A DNA stretch of 55,008 nt, taken from contig JYFJ02002545.1 of the NCBI GenBank assembly GCA_000934665.2, forward strand, positions 1 through 55,008. The letters run 5' to 3'. How positions within the stretch are numbered: position 1 is the stretch's first letter; every line of letters starts with the position of its first letter. Shown in pieces: positions 1 to 11,996 of the stretch. Source of the DNA: Catajapyx aquilonaris (taxonomy: Eukaryota). Position numbers and translations under genes: made by a program. A model generated the notes under the pieces. It was given only the letters and a program-made list of their open reading frames with translations. It was not told the origin of the DNA and made no database searches.

Positions 1-830
1 ACGAAGAATGTCGGCAGCACAGTTCCTGCCGTCAAAATTGGCTGCCAGGCAGGGAGACGCTGCTGCTTGAATGCACTGTCTGCAGGATAATAAAGTGAAG
101 TGCGAGTCAAAAATACCGTTATGGGAAATGCCACGTCGACACAATCTGGCTTTTTTAAACTTGGTGGCCAAGTTATTTTCCTTTTGTGAAATAATTTACG
201 TTGACACCCATAAATGCTAATGCAAATGGCAGTGTGAAATTAACTCTTTCACCTACAGCCCAGTTTAACTGACAATGTTAGTAACTTGAAATACTCAATT
301 TTAAACCACTATAATATGCATCTTTCCTCCTTTTAAAACCTTGGTCGCCCTGAGTACAAACTGATGGAAATTGACGCACGCACGTGTTATGCACCAGATA
401 AATGGAAACAAGGACAGATCTATTTACAGATCGAAGTGGCCATCCGGCATGGAATTCTCCGTCAACCTCTCTGCAGCCTCGAGATGCGGAAACCTGACTG
501 AATCCAACTGCGGAAGTTCCCCTCCTTTTGTGTGTGTGTGTGTGTGTGTGTTTCTTTTTCTTAAAATACTTGGATTGCATAACGCGTTAATTACTGAGCA
601 ATTTCCCCTTCCTTTTTTCCCCCCCTGTCCTTGTTTACTACACGTCTCACGCACACAAGTAATTACTTTTTGCAGTAGAAGTGTTCAACCCAGATTTAGC
701 ACGGTTACATTACAGTGCATTGTTCATACTAATAAATTGCAATTATTTGTTCAAGGTTGAATTTTGGGGTGGGTCACTCACTTGATGGTTTCTTCGATTT
801 TGGAGGCTCCGTTGGGAGGACCGTGGCCAT
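1..830 (-). CDS. TMEM30A: CDC50/TMEM30A P4-ATPase flippase beta subunit, 5' part (runs off the window start)
   Basis: Exon 1 830-782 ([16 protein letters not shown], donor A|GTGAGT) joins exon 2 79-1 (acceptor CTGCAG|) to give [32 protein letters not shown], the CDC50 N-terminal signature. Not in the ORF track. Confidence 0.93.
529..551. repeat. (TG)n microsatellite in CDC50 intron 1
   Basis: About 11 consecutive TG units. Confidence 0.9.
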
Positions 831-1732
831 GTCTCCGGACCCTGGGGCCGCCTCGGGGCAGTCCAACCAGCAGTTCTTCGACTCGCCCCGACCTTTGCGG
901 CCTCGACTCCTTTTTATTTAAAAAAAAAATTCCAACTCTTTAGAACTTTTTTTTTTTTTTCCTTCTAAATTGCAATTCGAACAGTCAAAGAGACTAGAAC
1001 AAAATGGATTACACCACAATTATCAACTTACACCGGCAGAGGCGCTTCGAACAATTTAGACAAAAAAATTACGTAAATAAATGTAACAACTATTTTAAAA
1101 CCGCTAATTAAAATCTACCCTGCCATTAATATGCGTTAAAAATATTAATGTGTCGAACTTTTAATCAGCAGTCATGTTTTCACACTCACTACTACTTCAT
1201 CTACAAGGCGCATGCGTATGGCCATGATTTTGCAAAAAAAAATACTGCAAAAATTGCGACGATCACTGACGCAACAATCAGCAGCAATTAGACCTGCAAC
1301 AATGTAAAAGTCGGTTAAAATTCCGTTAAATGCACATAGGCTGGTGCAGTGCAAAAAAAAAATGGAATAGAAAATTACGTGCCGACTGCAGTTACACGCA
1401 TGCGTACATAGCCAGTTGTGGTTGAAAACGCTTTAAATTAAATAACGAATTAACGCAATTAAGCTGTTTTAATAGTTTATTTATCGGTATTAAATTATGG
1501 TGGAAATTTCTGCAAGCAATTGCGATTGATGAATCTGGAAATGTTGTGCAAACCGGTGAAAACCAGGAGAAAACCGAGAAAACCCGGAGAAAACGCACTT
1601 TTACACTATTTTTCTGCAAATTGGTTTAACACTAATTTACGTTGTAAAATTCTGTATGATTTTTGCAACTCGTTTTCGCTCATATTTAAGCTAATTTATA
1701 TCCGCATTAGTTCGGCGTTGCTTTAAAACCAG

Positions 1733-1756
1733 GTCACGTGAGCAATGTCACGTGAC
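1733..1756. promoter_or_regulatory. Tandem E-box/CLEAR-type sites in the divergent CDC50/RAD23 intergenic region
   Basis: GTCACGTGAG followed by a perfect GTCACGTGAC. Confidence 0.45.
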
Positions 1757-2127
1757 GATGACGCAGCCTCGTTCGGTCGCAAAAAAAAAAAGAAGAAAGA
1801 AAAAAGAAAAAAGAAAAAAAAAGAAAAAGAAAACTCGAAGAACGGTCAAAAAAAGGGGGAACAGGCCCCGGAAAGGCTGGGCCTGAAATATTATCTCCAA
1901 AAGTGTGGCCCGGAATTTTTAAAGGAAAAGTGGAATTATTTAGAACGAAGGGACATTCAGGGGGAGTCGCAACGGACTGAAATATCCCGGGTGCAAATTT
2001 TGTGGTGTGAAAGTTTTTGGGGGCCCCCATTTTTAAATATTTTTTGTTTTTTTTTAAAAAACTAGACTATTTAGTTGTTGTTTGTTGCCCCGGGGCGGCC
2101 CCCGGGTTCAGTTCCCGGCTTATCAAG

Positions 2128-3668
2128 ATGCTGGTGACGCTCAAGAACTTGCAGCAGCAGTCTTTCACCGTGGAGATTGAGGCAACCAAAACGGTGAGAA
2201 GAAAAACCATGACAAAGCATATTTCGTTCCAAAATTTTAACAATAATATTTTTTTTCAGGTGAAGGAGCTCAAGGATAAGATTGAGTTGAGTCAGGGGAA
2301 GGACTATGCAGCTGCCAACCAAAAGCTCATCTATGCAGGCAATTATTGCATTGTTATTATAACTCGCAAGGGTTGCGCTTATCGCTGTTGTTGACTTGCG
2401 GTTTTTTTGCTGCAGGGAAGATCCTGAGCGACGAGTCGGCTCTGAGCACCTATAATATAGATGAGAAGAAGTTTGTCGTCGTGATGGTTACGAAACCGAA
2501 AGCCCCGCCACCAACGCCTGGGCCGACCGATCCTACTGCCGCACCACCGTCGGAAACGCCTGCTCCGGCTCCTGCTCCTGCCCCGGCTGCGACTCCAGCT
2601 GCAGCTGCGCCTGCTCCAGCGGCAACGGCTGGTTCTCCCGCTGGTGAGGACGCGCAGGCCCGGACTCTGGCGCAGGCTGAGGCTACATTACTGGTGGGCG
2701 AAGAGTACGCCAGGATTGTCCAGAACATCATGGATATGGGTTACGATCGGGACCAGGTGGAGAGGGCGTTACGAGCGAGCTTCAACAACCCGGACCGAGC
2801 CGTTGAATACCTTCTGACAGGCATCCCTCCATCACTGCTTGAAGACGCGCCAGCTCCAGGATCGGCTCAGGGGTCTGCTCCTGGGTCGGCCCCTGGGTCC
2901 GGAGCTAGTTCTCCGACAAGGGATGTAGCTGCGGCGGTGGCTGCGGCTGTGGAGTCCAGCGAGGCGGCTGGAGGCGGAGGGGCAGCCACTGCGCCCAGAG
3001 GCGGCCCGGAAGAATCACTCGCCTTCCTCAGGCAGCAACCGCAGTTTCAGCAGATGCGACAGGTGTGTAATGTCAATCCTGCTAGTTCACGTATCGACAT
3101 AATTGGTCAAAGCATTACTGAAACCTCGGAAGGCGTTAACGGCTACAAGATGACAGTAGCAAAGTGAACAATGCCCCTGCTTTTGCCAGGTGATTCAACA
3201 GAACCCGCAGCTGTTGAACGCAGTCCTGCAGCAGATAGGCCAGACGAACCCTGCCCTCCTGCAGCTCATCAGCCAGAACCAGGAGGCCTTTGTTAGGATG
3301 CTGAACGAGCCTGGGGTCGGAGGCGGAGGTGGGAGCGCAGCTGGCGGTGGTGGCGGTGGGGCTTCTGGTACCGGAGCAGGAGGTGCCGCTGCAGGTGGCG
3401 GCGGCGGTGGAGGAGGTGGACAGCAGGGGGCTGGAACCGGGTTCCTCTCTCCTGGAGTTATTCAGGTCACACCACAGGACAAGGAGGCCATCGAGAGGGT
3501 GAGTTATCCACCGCCTCTTGTCAGCACATCACTTTTTAACATTAATTTCCTCCGCAGCTAAAGGCGCTTGGATTTCCGGAACACCTTGTGGTACAGGCGT
3601 ACTTTGCCTGCGAGAAAAACGAAAACTTGGCCGCAAACTTCCTCCTTTCACAGAACTTTGACGACTAG
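2128..3668 (+). CDS. RAD23: UV excision repair protein RAD23 (UbL, UBA1, XPC-binding, UBA2)
   Basis: Exons 2128-2193, 2260-2338, 2416-3062, 3190-3498, 3558-3668. Motifs [81 protein letters not shown]. Intron 2 is GC-AG. Confidence 0.98.
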
Positions 3669-4057
3669 CACCTGTCTTTTCTCTCTTCCGTTCTTGGATT
3701 TTTTTTTTTTCCAATTTTTTACCCGTCCCTTAACATGGCCTTTGACCTTTCCTTGTTATTTTGGGAAGGGCTGAAGGTGTGGGGGGAAAAAAAATCAGGG
3801 GGATTTTTTTTTTTGCTGGTACACTAACTTTTGAATTTCATTTGATTACTCTCGTTTTGAATTCCGGCCCAATTTTTTGTTTTGCGGTCCTGACCCCTCA
3901 TTTGGAACGAGGGGGGAAATGAATGCGGCTAAGTTGCCCTATCCTGAAGTGTTAATTGAAAATAAAAATAAAAAAAAGAGAACATTGCGAGCACAGTTGT
4001 TTACACATTTTATTTACAGAAAAATCACATGATTGATTTTGTTCCCATCGCAAAGCC

Positions 4058-6817
4058 TCAGTTGCAATTAATGGAAACGGATGGCGAATGCCTTTGGATT
4101 TGGTTGTCCGCAGCAGCGTCCTGGAAACTGTGCTGCTCCAGCACCTCCAGGACAGAGCTGCACATTGGAGCAGTCTTTGGAGAGGAGGTCGGCTGGCTCA
4201 GCATTGAAGCCAGCAGGTGATGACCGCCTTCAGAGAGTAACATCGGACCGTAGCGGGTCGCTACAGGAAAAAAAAAAGGAAACCCAGATCATAGGATGGC
4301 CAGGTCATCATTATTTCAGGGTGATTGACCCACTATCTCGGTATTAATTGACTAATCTGATGCAACATGACCTTGCGTTTCATGCACTTCAGCGATTGAA
4401 GACCAGGCAGAAACGAAGCTGGTCGCAAATTTTGACCGACATCATTACAAAAGTTGCGCAAAACATTTCGATGCGGTTAAAAAATAAGGCTTCAGATTTC
4501 CTTGCTTGAAGAATAGTGGAAAACGCAAGTGCTATGTAACGTACATAAAGGTCATGTTTACTAGTCAGAGTGCGTACCATTCCTGGTGCAGACGTGGTGA
4601 ATGGCCCACATGGCCCACAGCTGCACTGCAGGATGTTGGGTTGGCCCAAGCAACCGGAAGAATGGTCTGAAACTTCTGTAGGCCACCATTTCCCCGTCTG
4701 GGGCCTTCCAGCCTTCCACAGCATCTCGGAGGTCACCGACGGCCTTTTCATATTCAATGCTGTTGGGTCCCTTCTGGCCTGCGTCCCACTTTTCCGCACC
4801 GTCACTGGCCAAGTGTGCGAGTACTCCCGCTGCAAAGTAACTCACGTCTATGTGCTCCGACCTTAGCAACTTAAACATCATGGGAATGAACTCCGCTTGA
4901 GCCAGCAATGCAGGCCGCAGCGTTTCCACTTCGGCCACGTTGTTGAGCAGCCCAAGCAACTTGGTTTCAGCTCCTGGTCTGCCTTCCCAAGCGGAAAGCG
5001 CTAGTTGGAACAACTCCAGCCCACCCTGAGCCAGGAACACGTTGCAAGTTCCAGGCGACTCATCAGTCAGATTCCACAAGGCTGACAGCGAGAATTTCGC
5101 AGTTATATCCAGCTGGTTAGCAATAGCCTTGGCCCGGACTATGGCTAAGAGGCGTGCCACGTATTTGGCTTGACCACCCAACGCAGCACCATCAGATGTG
5201 TTGACCTGTCATAAAATATTGGCAATATCGGCATGTGAAAATCAATAGCCATCTGTTGAAATACCCTTGCATGAGTTCCTAAGTAATGAAAGAATTAAAG
5301 TCGGCCAATTACTCGTATAACTAATTAAACGACATCAAAGCAGACCTTTGCAGCTAAGATGGATGTCACTGCCACGGCCATCCTTGTCATGGATGGATCA
5401 TCGAATGTGCAGAGGGCTTCCAATACTAGCCGACCTGCTCTGAGCCTGTCAAACTCGGCCTCTTGGAGGACACGGTCGCTGCAGAGGGTCAGCAGACCAT
5501 TCTTCTGCAGCTGGAAGTGACCTGGGAAGTTTTGCATGGCCTCCAGAGTGAGCCGGACCACACGGCTCAGAAGAGGGCGGGGTTGGCTTGATCCGCGGGT
5601 CATGTTGTAGAAGCATGCTGTTGCCGCCACCTGCAATCGTCGTATATTGGCATATTTGTTTCAAAGGTTGATTGTAATAAAATGTTGACCTGTACTCCGA
5701 AGAGTGACGGATGCATCTCGGCTCCCTGCGCCAAAAGTGTGACCAGTCCTGAGCTGACCCACCCCGACTTGAACAGTATGTACAGACATCTCTGGATCAT
5801 CATAGGTCGATCCAGGTACATCTTCATGGCAATGGAAAGTTGCGACTCGCTCCCTCCTCCTGCAATCGTCAACTCCTCTTCAGGCTGTTGCAACCCGGGC
5901 GACTCACAAATATCCCACCCCAACAACCCAATGAACTTTAGGTCAGGGTGGCCCGCAAGGAATGCTCTGAACGTGTACCAGTCTGGTTCGCAATCACGGC
6001 CGCTCAGATCGAGCCAGACCAAGTGCTGGAACCGCTCAGGATGGCAGATCACGCCGGGAGCGAACCGCGACCCGGTGTACCCCGACTCGGTGCTGGCGTC
6101 TAGATGCGTCAAGTTCGGCAAGCAACGTGCTAGGAGTGCGGCCGTGGCTCCGTCTAGCTGGACGTCCCGCAACGCAAGCGACCGCAGAAACGGGAGCGCC
6201 TGCAGCGAGGACATATCATGCACACGTGTCCCCGATATGTCCAGATGCTGCAGGTGCTGCAACCCACGCACAAGCCGCCCCAGCCTGATGGACGTCAGAT
6301 CAGATTCGGCCAGGTCCAAGAACCGCAGCTCCTTGGGTAGAACCAGGTCATCCCGTTCCTCCGCTTCCGCCAACGAGTTCCATCCCATGTCGGCCCGCGG
6401 GTTAAACATGCACCGTCTGAGCCTCAGCACCCGGAGGTTATCCCTGCTGAACTCCCCAAGTGCGGCCTCAAGCGCTGGTTTGATCCCGCATTGCAGACCA
6501 GTCATCTCCAGCTCCTTCAACCGATGTCCGTTCAGTACGGACATTCCAGTGGGATTGATACTGAATGCGTCTGTAATCTTGGCAGTCTCAAGCTGAGTTT
6601 TATCAGCATCGAACAGTCTTAGAGTCTGGTTTGTAACCTTTCCGTGCCTTCCCATCTGTTCCAGCAGAAGTTCTGAGACCTGGCGGTGCACAAAGTATTC
6701 TTTTGTGCGGCTGAAGAAGCACGGCGTGTCTCCAGTCAGCTGGCACACCCTGTCCAGGTTCCCGCAGATGAAGTGGACGCACAGGTCCTGCAGGGTGGGT
6801 GGGGAATGGGCCTCCAT
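4058..6817 (-). CDS. ZYG11: ZYG11/ZER1-family CUL2-Elongin BC substrate receptor (BC box, LRRs, ARM repeats), closest to ZYG11
   Basis: Exons 6817-5690, 5630-5346, 5205-4578, 4260-4058. N-terminal PPTLQDLC box; LRRs; QLQKNGLLTLCSDRVLQ, RMAVAVTSILAAK, LSALWNLTDESP, VSYFAAGVLAHL, MVAYRSFRPF, VQLWAMWAI. Confidence 0.93.
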
Positions 6818-7258
6818 CCCTTGGTTCGTCTGAAGATGTGTTCAGGGCCCCTGAATCTTATCTAAAGTTCAGCCATTCAGGTCCTGAAGGGAAGGGGTTT
6901 AAATGCCTGTTCGAACGGGGTGTTACACTGCGCCGCTCTGCTTATGAGCGCGTACTACAGTCGTAGCCAGCTGGCCAATCAGCGCACAGGCATACTCAGC
7001 AAATGTGGCCGTGTAAACCCACCGGGCTTACTAGCACAGCGGCTTACATAGCTGCTTATACAAACCCGCCATTAATACATCCCAGTGAACACAACATACA
7101 TTACAACACCGCCCGTAAATGCACTCACACGTTCATGCACCGCAATTGGCACATACATATCCACACCTACATACTCCCACCCCATTCTGCAAGCCGCATT
7201 CTTCCGTAACTAATATGGAGTAACAGCTACAATTTTCTGGGCGCGTTTGAAACTTCCG

Positions 7259-7316
7259 CATGTCCGTGACATGGTCCGTGACGTCACGTGTATTTTTTTA
7301 TTTCAAGATGGCGGCG
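7259..7316. promoter_or_regulatory. Candidate bidirectional promoter between ZYG11 and COA7
   Basis: Overlapping CRE/E-box GTGACGTCACGTG near 7278-7290, repeated TCCGTGAC, and CAAGATGGCGGC overlapping the COA7 ATG. Confidence 0.55.
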
Positions 7317-8241
7317 CCGTACGACTTGAAGGAAGAAAAGGACGTGAAGGAGTTCATTGCGAACCTTGGGATTGAGTACAGGTACGGGTGTTACAACGAG
7401 AACAACCCGGAGGCTTGTCACTTGCTGGCTGACTACTTAGAGGCGGTCAAGAAGGACTTCCAGAAGGCTGCGGGGCTTTACAAGAACAACTGCGACGACA
7501 ATGCCTTTGCTGCCAGCTGTTTAAAGACTGGAAGGTATTGTTATTTAATAAAATATAAAATAATACATGGAAAATAATTAACAATATGTTCAGACACCTG
7601 CCTCTGGACTTGTACATCACTTTGTAGCTCACTTTAAATTGAATGATGTACAATGCGTGTACAATACATAAGCACATTTCTCCTCCCATGGTAAGGTATG
7701 CTTTTTTAGGTAAAGGAGGCCAACCTGCGAACCAGGCAAAGGCGCTGTCCTATTTCGAGAAGGGTTGCGAGTTGGGGAGCCCCGAATCGTGCATGAATGC
7801 GGGGCTTATGCATCTCGGAACCGGAGCTAAGCAGAAGGAGGTTACGTTGAGTACGAATAAGGATTTTCCGAAGGCTCTTGGATACCTTAACAAAGCTTGC
7901 GACAAGAAGAATGCGGATGCCTGCTACTTTCTGAGTGGAATATATATTACGGGATCACATGGTATGTCGACTCGCATACTGTTGTGAGCTGTGCTAATTT
8001 TCAATTTTTTGCAGGTGACGTTAGCAAGGATATGAATCTAGCTCACAAGTACAGCTTAACTGCGTGCCAGCTTGGAAATGCGTACGCCTGTGCTAACCTG
8101 TCCATGATGTACCGTAAAGGCGATGGAGTCCCCAAGGACGAAGCGCTTGCCAATAAGTACAAGCAGATAGCACTGGACATTCAAGAGCAGCACACAAAAA
8201 CATCTCCAACAGTCGATTTCCAACAAGGGGTCAAAAAGTAG
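7308..8241 (+). CDS. COA7: Cytochrome c oxidase assembly factor 7 (SEL1-repeat protein)
   Basis: Exons 7308-7534, 7696-7961, 8015-8241. YDLKEEKDVKEFIANLGIEYRYGCY..ACHLLADYLE, Cys-rich SEL1 repeats, ACANLSMMYRKGDGV. Confidence 0.94.
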
Positions 8242-8535
8242 GGAAGGACTCGATGATGTAAAAAATGTATATTGCACCTAGTTGAGAGATTTTTATGGCC
8301 ACGTTAATTAAAACATGAAAATCAATACTGCTGCCAGTTCTCCATTGGTATTCACAAATTTCCACAGTTTGCAGGTCGGATTGTTACTGTCACTTATCCA
8401 GTGAAGTACACATCGCCAATGTTGCAAAAATCAGCAATAACACTGCACAATTATTTTTCTGTTGCATGATTCTTACATGTAAAATTGTGCATCTTTCACC
8501 GTATGCTTTTACAATCCCTGTATCGACTTGTTCTT

Positions 8536-9565
8536 TCAAATCTTCTTTTTCCGACGAGGCATCTTTACAGGTCTTAAGTACGGGTTGTCTATGAAGTCCG
8601 GATCGTGTTGTGGAGCCTCGTTTGTTGATGTATTGGTGGGTGTTGTTGGTGGTACTGCACGCTCCTGACTGTCGTTGAGACTGCTGTCGGCTCCTTCCGC
8701 TCCGTCCTCTGCCCCTGTTGTGCTCCCACTTGGCGACCCTGGTTGTTTATCCGCATTAGCCTGCTGGTCTTTCTTTCTCTTGACAGGAGACGGTGCAGGT
8801 TCCTCCTCTTCGTCAAATACCTTCAGAAAGAAAGGATGTTACGTATTGGAACTGCATGATGGGCTTATTACAACTCACTTGATCCTTAGGTAGGAGTGCG
8901 TGAATGTACGACGTTGTGCTTGGCTTGCACGCTACAAGCGGGAAGAGGTTCACATCGTCCGGTGAGAACAGCGATTGGGTCACACCGGTTTTGGCCATAA
9001 ATCGAGTCAGTGCTCGCTCAACGTCCCTCTTCTGAGCAGCAGCTTTCTCTCGTATGGCCTCGTACTCAGTCACTGGCTGCTTGTGTGTTGGGGTGCGTAT
9101 GTACGCATGTGGATCCGGAAAAGGCGGCAGGTAGTCTGGAATGTGCGGAGGATGCGAGTGCTTCTCGCCTGCAGACAACGTTGAAGGTATTTTGGGCGGT
9201 GCGGCCGGACCAGGCGGAGGCACAATTGGGCGACCCGGCCTGTTGTAGTAAAGGTCAAGGTTCGGTGAGTGATCCACCGGGTCCGTTGGTGTTATGCCCC
9301 GGCCCATCTCAAGCAGGGCCACTATCACATCGCTTATTATGGGCCGAACCCTGCCTGCCAACTCGCAGAATGAGCGTGAACTCCGGCCTGCTTCTACGAT
9401 GAAAGACTGAGCCATTTCTGTCAGCGACTCAAGTGCGGCTCGGTCAGCCGAGTCAAACCCTGCCTCAGACACCAGTGAAGCAACGGTCGACAGCAAAACC
9501 TTGCGACGGACACCACTCGACGGCAGTAAAGCTGGTGTAAGTGACACAGACGGACCTGAATCCAT
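8536..9565 (-). CDS. TAF8: TFIID subunit 8 (histone fold, proline-rich region, C-terminal NLS)
   Basis: Exons 9565-8879 and 8820-8536; probable 5'UTR intron 9622-9576. HIPDYLPPFPDPHAYIRTPT, YEAIREKAAAQKRDVERALTRF, terminal IDNPYLRPVKMPRRKKKI. Confidence 0.96.
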
Positions 9566-10646
9566 TGTTGATATCCTGCAAATATTATGCCAAAAAATGT
9601 GTGATTTTCCGGTTATGTGAACCTGCCTACAACTGTGTCTATGCCCAGATGCGGGTAGGTTTGTCCTGTAATTTCTCACCAAGTCGGTTCACCTTCCTTG
9701 GAACTTGTCTCTGCCTCTGCTGGCCGCAAACTGTTCCAAAAACTGTTCCAAAAGCGACCAGAAAATATTTCAGTAGCCTGTGAACGCCGCCATCTTGGAA
9801 GCCGCCAGGGGTGCCAGATGTAGGAAGCAACATCTGGCAACTGTGGTCAGGATTTATGAATAAAATTAGTTCTATTGCAATAATTTATGTAAATAATAAT
9901 TCTTATTAAAAATGACAGCGTCGCTGCGAATTATTTGAAAAAAAATTAACTGTGTAACGACCATGTTAGCTGAAAGTATGTGGCGGGTATTTTAAAAACT
10001 GGCGCGTTGCATTATGTGACATTGCGTTTTTATTCTATGTGCGCCGATATTGTAACCGATCATGTAAATTATGTAATTTACATATACTGTGATCAAACAC
10101 TGGGTTTTGACAAAATTGTTAGAATTGTTCTCTATAGGTCAATTACAATCAATTTATTGCAGTGACTTTGCGATTATGCAGTAATTTTTTATTTAAAGCA
10201 TCCTGATGATGTTCTTGTGCAGTAAAAATTACAATACAGTTACATTGACTCTACAATTATAGCATTACAGTGTAACAAGAGGTGGTATAATGGATACGAC
10301 TGATGTGTGCAATAATCCAGTACACTCTATATTTGAAAATGTTCGTTTCAAAGATTATTTTGCTTATCGTTAGGAAGCTGCCAGCAACTTTTTGGGAATG
10401 GAATAATTATACACATACTTAGTTATGCAAAAAATGTGCTCAGCAGTTAACTTCAGATGCCAATGATGAAAATTAGTCACTAAAAGTTTGAGCTGAGAAA
10501 ATAATTGCAAATTAGGGCCTAAATAATTATAAGCAAATACTGAATATTCAATAAGCCCTTCCGTTAACCAACAATTTGCATATTGAAACATAATATATAT
10601 ATAGTGTTTAAACTGGAACCCACAGTATACATGTTTTGCAATGATT

Positions 10647-11936
10647 TCAGAAACCGCTGTGTTCAATGGAATATTTCAGTTCCTCGAATGTGTTGAAAAA
10701 TTCCGACTTGTACATTTCCCCCCATTTGGGGCTCTTTGCAATGCGTTTTATGATCTCGATTATGTTCAGCTGCAAGTTTTTATCGGCTTCTGCATTTTCT
10801 GGTTCTTCCGTCTTGTACTCTTTGAACATTGGGTTCGCAGTGGCGGCTGGGAAGAGCCACATGAGGTAGGCACTTCGACGTCGGTAGTCCTCCAGCATCT
10901 CATCGAAAGTGAAGCCGCAGCCGTCCATCAGTCCAAGAGATTTGACGTTGGCTTCAAATGTGTCGTAGTAGAAACGCAGAAGTTCGGTCAAATGCTTTTT
11001 GCGGAACTCATGGCTGGTGCTGACCGTGAAGTAATTGTTGAGGTCGACGGTCAGGGACACCAGGCTTGTGTTTGCAGGGTCCAGTAACAGACACTCAACT
11101 GGGGTGTCCTCTTCGTACCGGAACATCATGTTGTTGCTCCAGAAATCTCGATGTGCGACGACCTTAAAAGGGCCAGGATTCTTCAACAGACTGATACCAA
11201 TGTCGTAAATGTCGCCCTTGATGCGTCGCAGCAATGTCATCATTTCTCGGTGCTCATCGTCGTCAACAATGTCCAGGATGGAGGAGAAGCAGTTGACAAA
11301 ATTCTCTTTGAACATGGATGCCCCTTCTGGAGCCATGACCCGTTCCTCCAGGTACGGACACTCTTCCAGGTTGGGGAAGCCAGTGTTTCTGATCATGGCA
11401 AATGACACAGAATGGAAATCAGCTGCAGCTTTGACGACCAACTTGGCAAGGGCATAATTATGACCTTCTGTTGACAGTCCTTCCATGCGGAACCCTTTTT
11501 TGGATAGGTCTTCCATGGCAATTACATCTCTTTCTCCATCCAAATTGGCATAGTAGCATTCTGGAAAGCTCAGAACAATGTTCTTGGCAGAAGAGTCGCC
11601 CAAGAACTTGTTCATCGCCGGCAGTATAACATCGTAAAAGTTGAGCTCCTTGACTGTAGACAAGATGGCCCGCATGATTTTCTGGTTCATCTTGTTGTCT
11701 CCTACGTACTTGACGAACATGGGCAGCATTTTCTCCTGACCCTGACCATCTAAGTAGCTGACTTGTATCTGAGCAACTGCACTGGCAGAGTGAAATGCTG
11801 TGAGGTCCAGTGGGGGCGATTCGATCTTCTTGACCTCCAGTTTGTTGTCATTCAGCTTCTTCCTCAGGGATGACTGCAACAGTTCCTCAGAGATGAAATC
11901 CACAACATTCGCCATTCTTGTCTTCTCAAGTAGCAA
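10647..11936 (-). CDS. EcKL (ecdysteroid kinase-like / CHK kinase-like) unit 1; probably the C-terminal domain of a fusion with unit 2
   Basis: Intronless ORF with MFVK, KELNFY, MEDL..GF, AADFHSVS, HRDFWSNN. Splice acceptor TTTTCAG ends at 11937; internal ATG at 11915. Confidence 0.88.
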   Translation of the reverse strand: MLLEKTRMANVVDFISEELLQSSLRKKLNDNKLEVKKIESPPLDLTAFHSASAVAQIQVSYLDGQGQEKMLPMFVKYVGDNKMNQKIMRAILSTVKELNFYDVILPAMNKFLGDSSAKNIVLSFPECYYANLDGERDVIAMEDLSKKGFRMEGLSTEGHNYALAKLVVKAAADFHSVSFAMIRNTGFPNLEECPYLEERVMAPEGASMFKENFVNCFSSILDIVDDDEHREMMTLLRRIKGDIYDIGISLLKNPGPFKVVAHRDFWSNNMMFRYEEDTPVECLLLDPANTSLVSLTVDLNNYFTVSTSHEFRKKHLTELLRFYYDTFEANVKSLGLMDGCGFTFDEMLEDYRRRSAYLMWLFPAATANPMFKEYKTEEPENAEADKNLQLNIIEIIKRIAKSPKWGEMYKSEFFNTFEELKYSIEHSGF

Positions 11937-11996
11937 CTGAAAATATAAAAATATTGGCGATAAGACAATGGCAAATGCAGAACGATGCCTGGCCCA

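Noticed and set aside
428..507. Possible cassette exon in CDC50 intron 1 (acceptor TTCCGCAG|)
   Set aside because: 80 nt would frameshift, the donor is weak, and the protein is complete without it.
1745..2110. Lys-rich ORF and A-rich tract upstream of RAD23
   Set aside because: Low-complexity product of homopolymer runs; the many long runs here and at 3780-3920 may be sequencing artefacts.
4389..4560. Open frame in ZYG11 intron 3 as an alternative last exon
   Set aside because: The conserved C-terminus (RYGPMLLSEGG) is at 4260-4058 behind a strong acceptor; nothing supports this segment.
5682..6596. 304-aa antisense ORF over ZYG11
   Set aside because: Typical stop-poor shadow of a GC-rich coding strand; no recognisable domain. 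The same applies to antisense ORFs over EcKL, hillarin, EBP2 and ARHGAP39.
6915..7025. Possible Harbinger-type MITE (GTTACACTG...GTGTAAAC), with similar words at 50395-50590
   Set aside because: Inverted match is too short and degenerate; no TSD could be defined.
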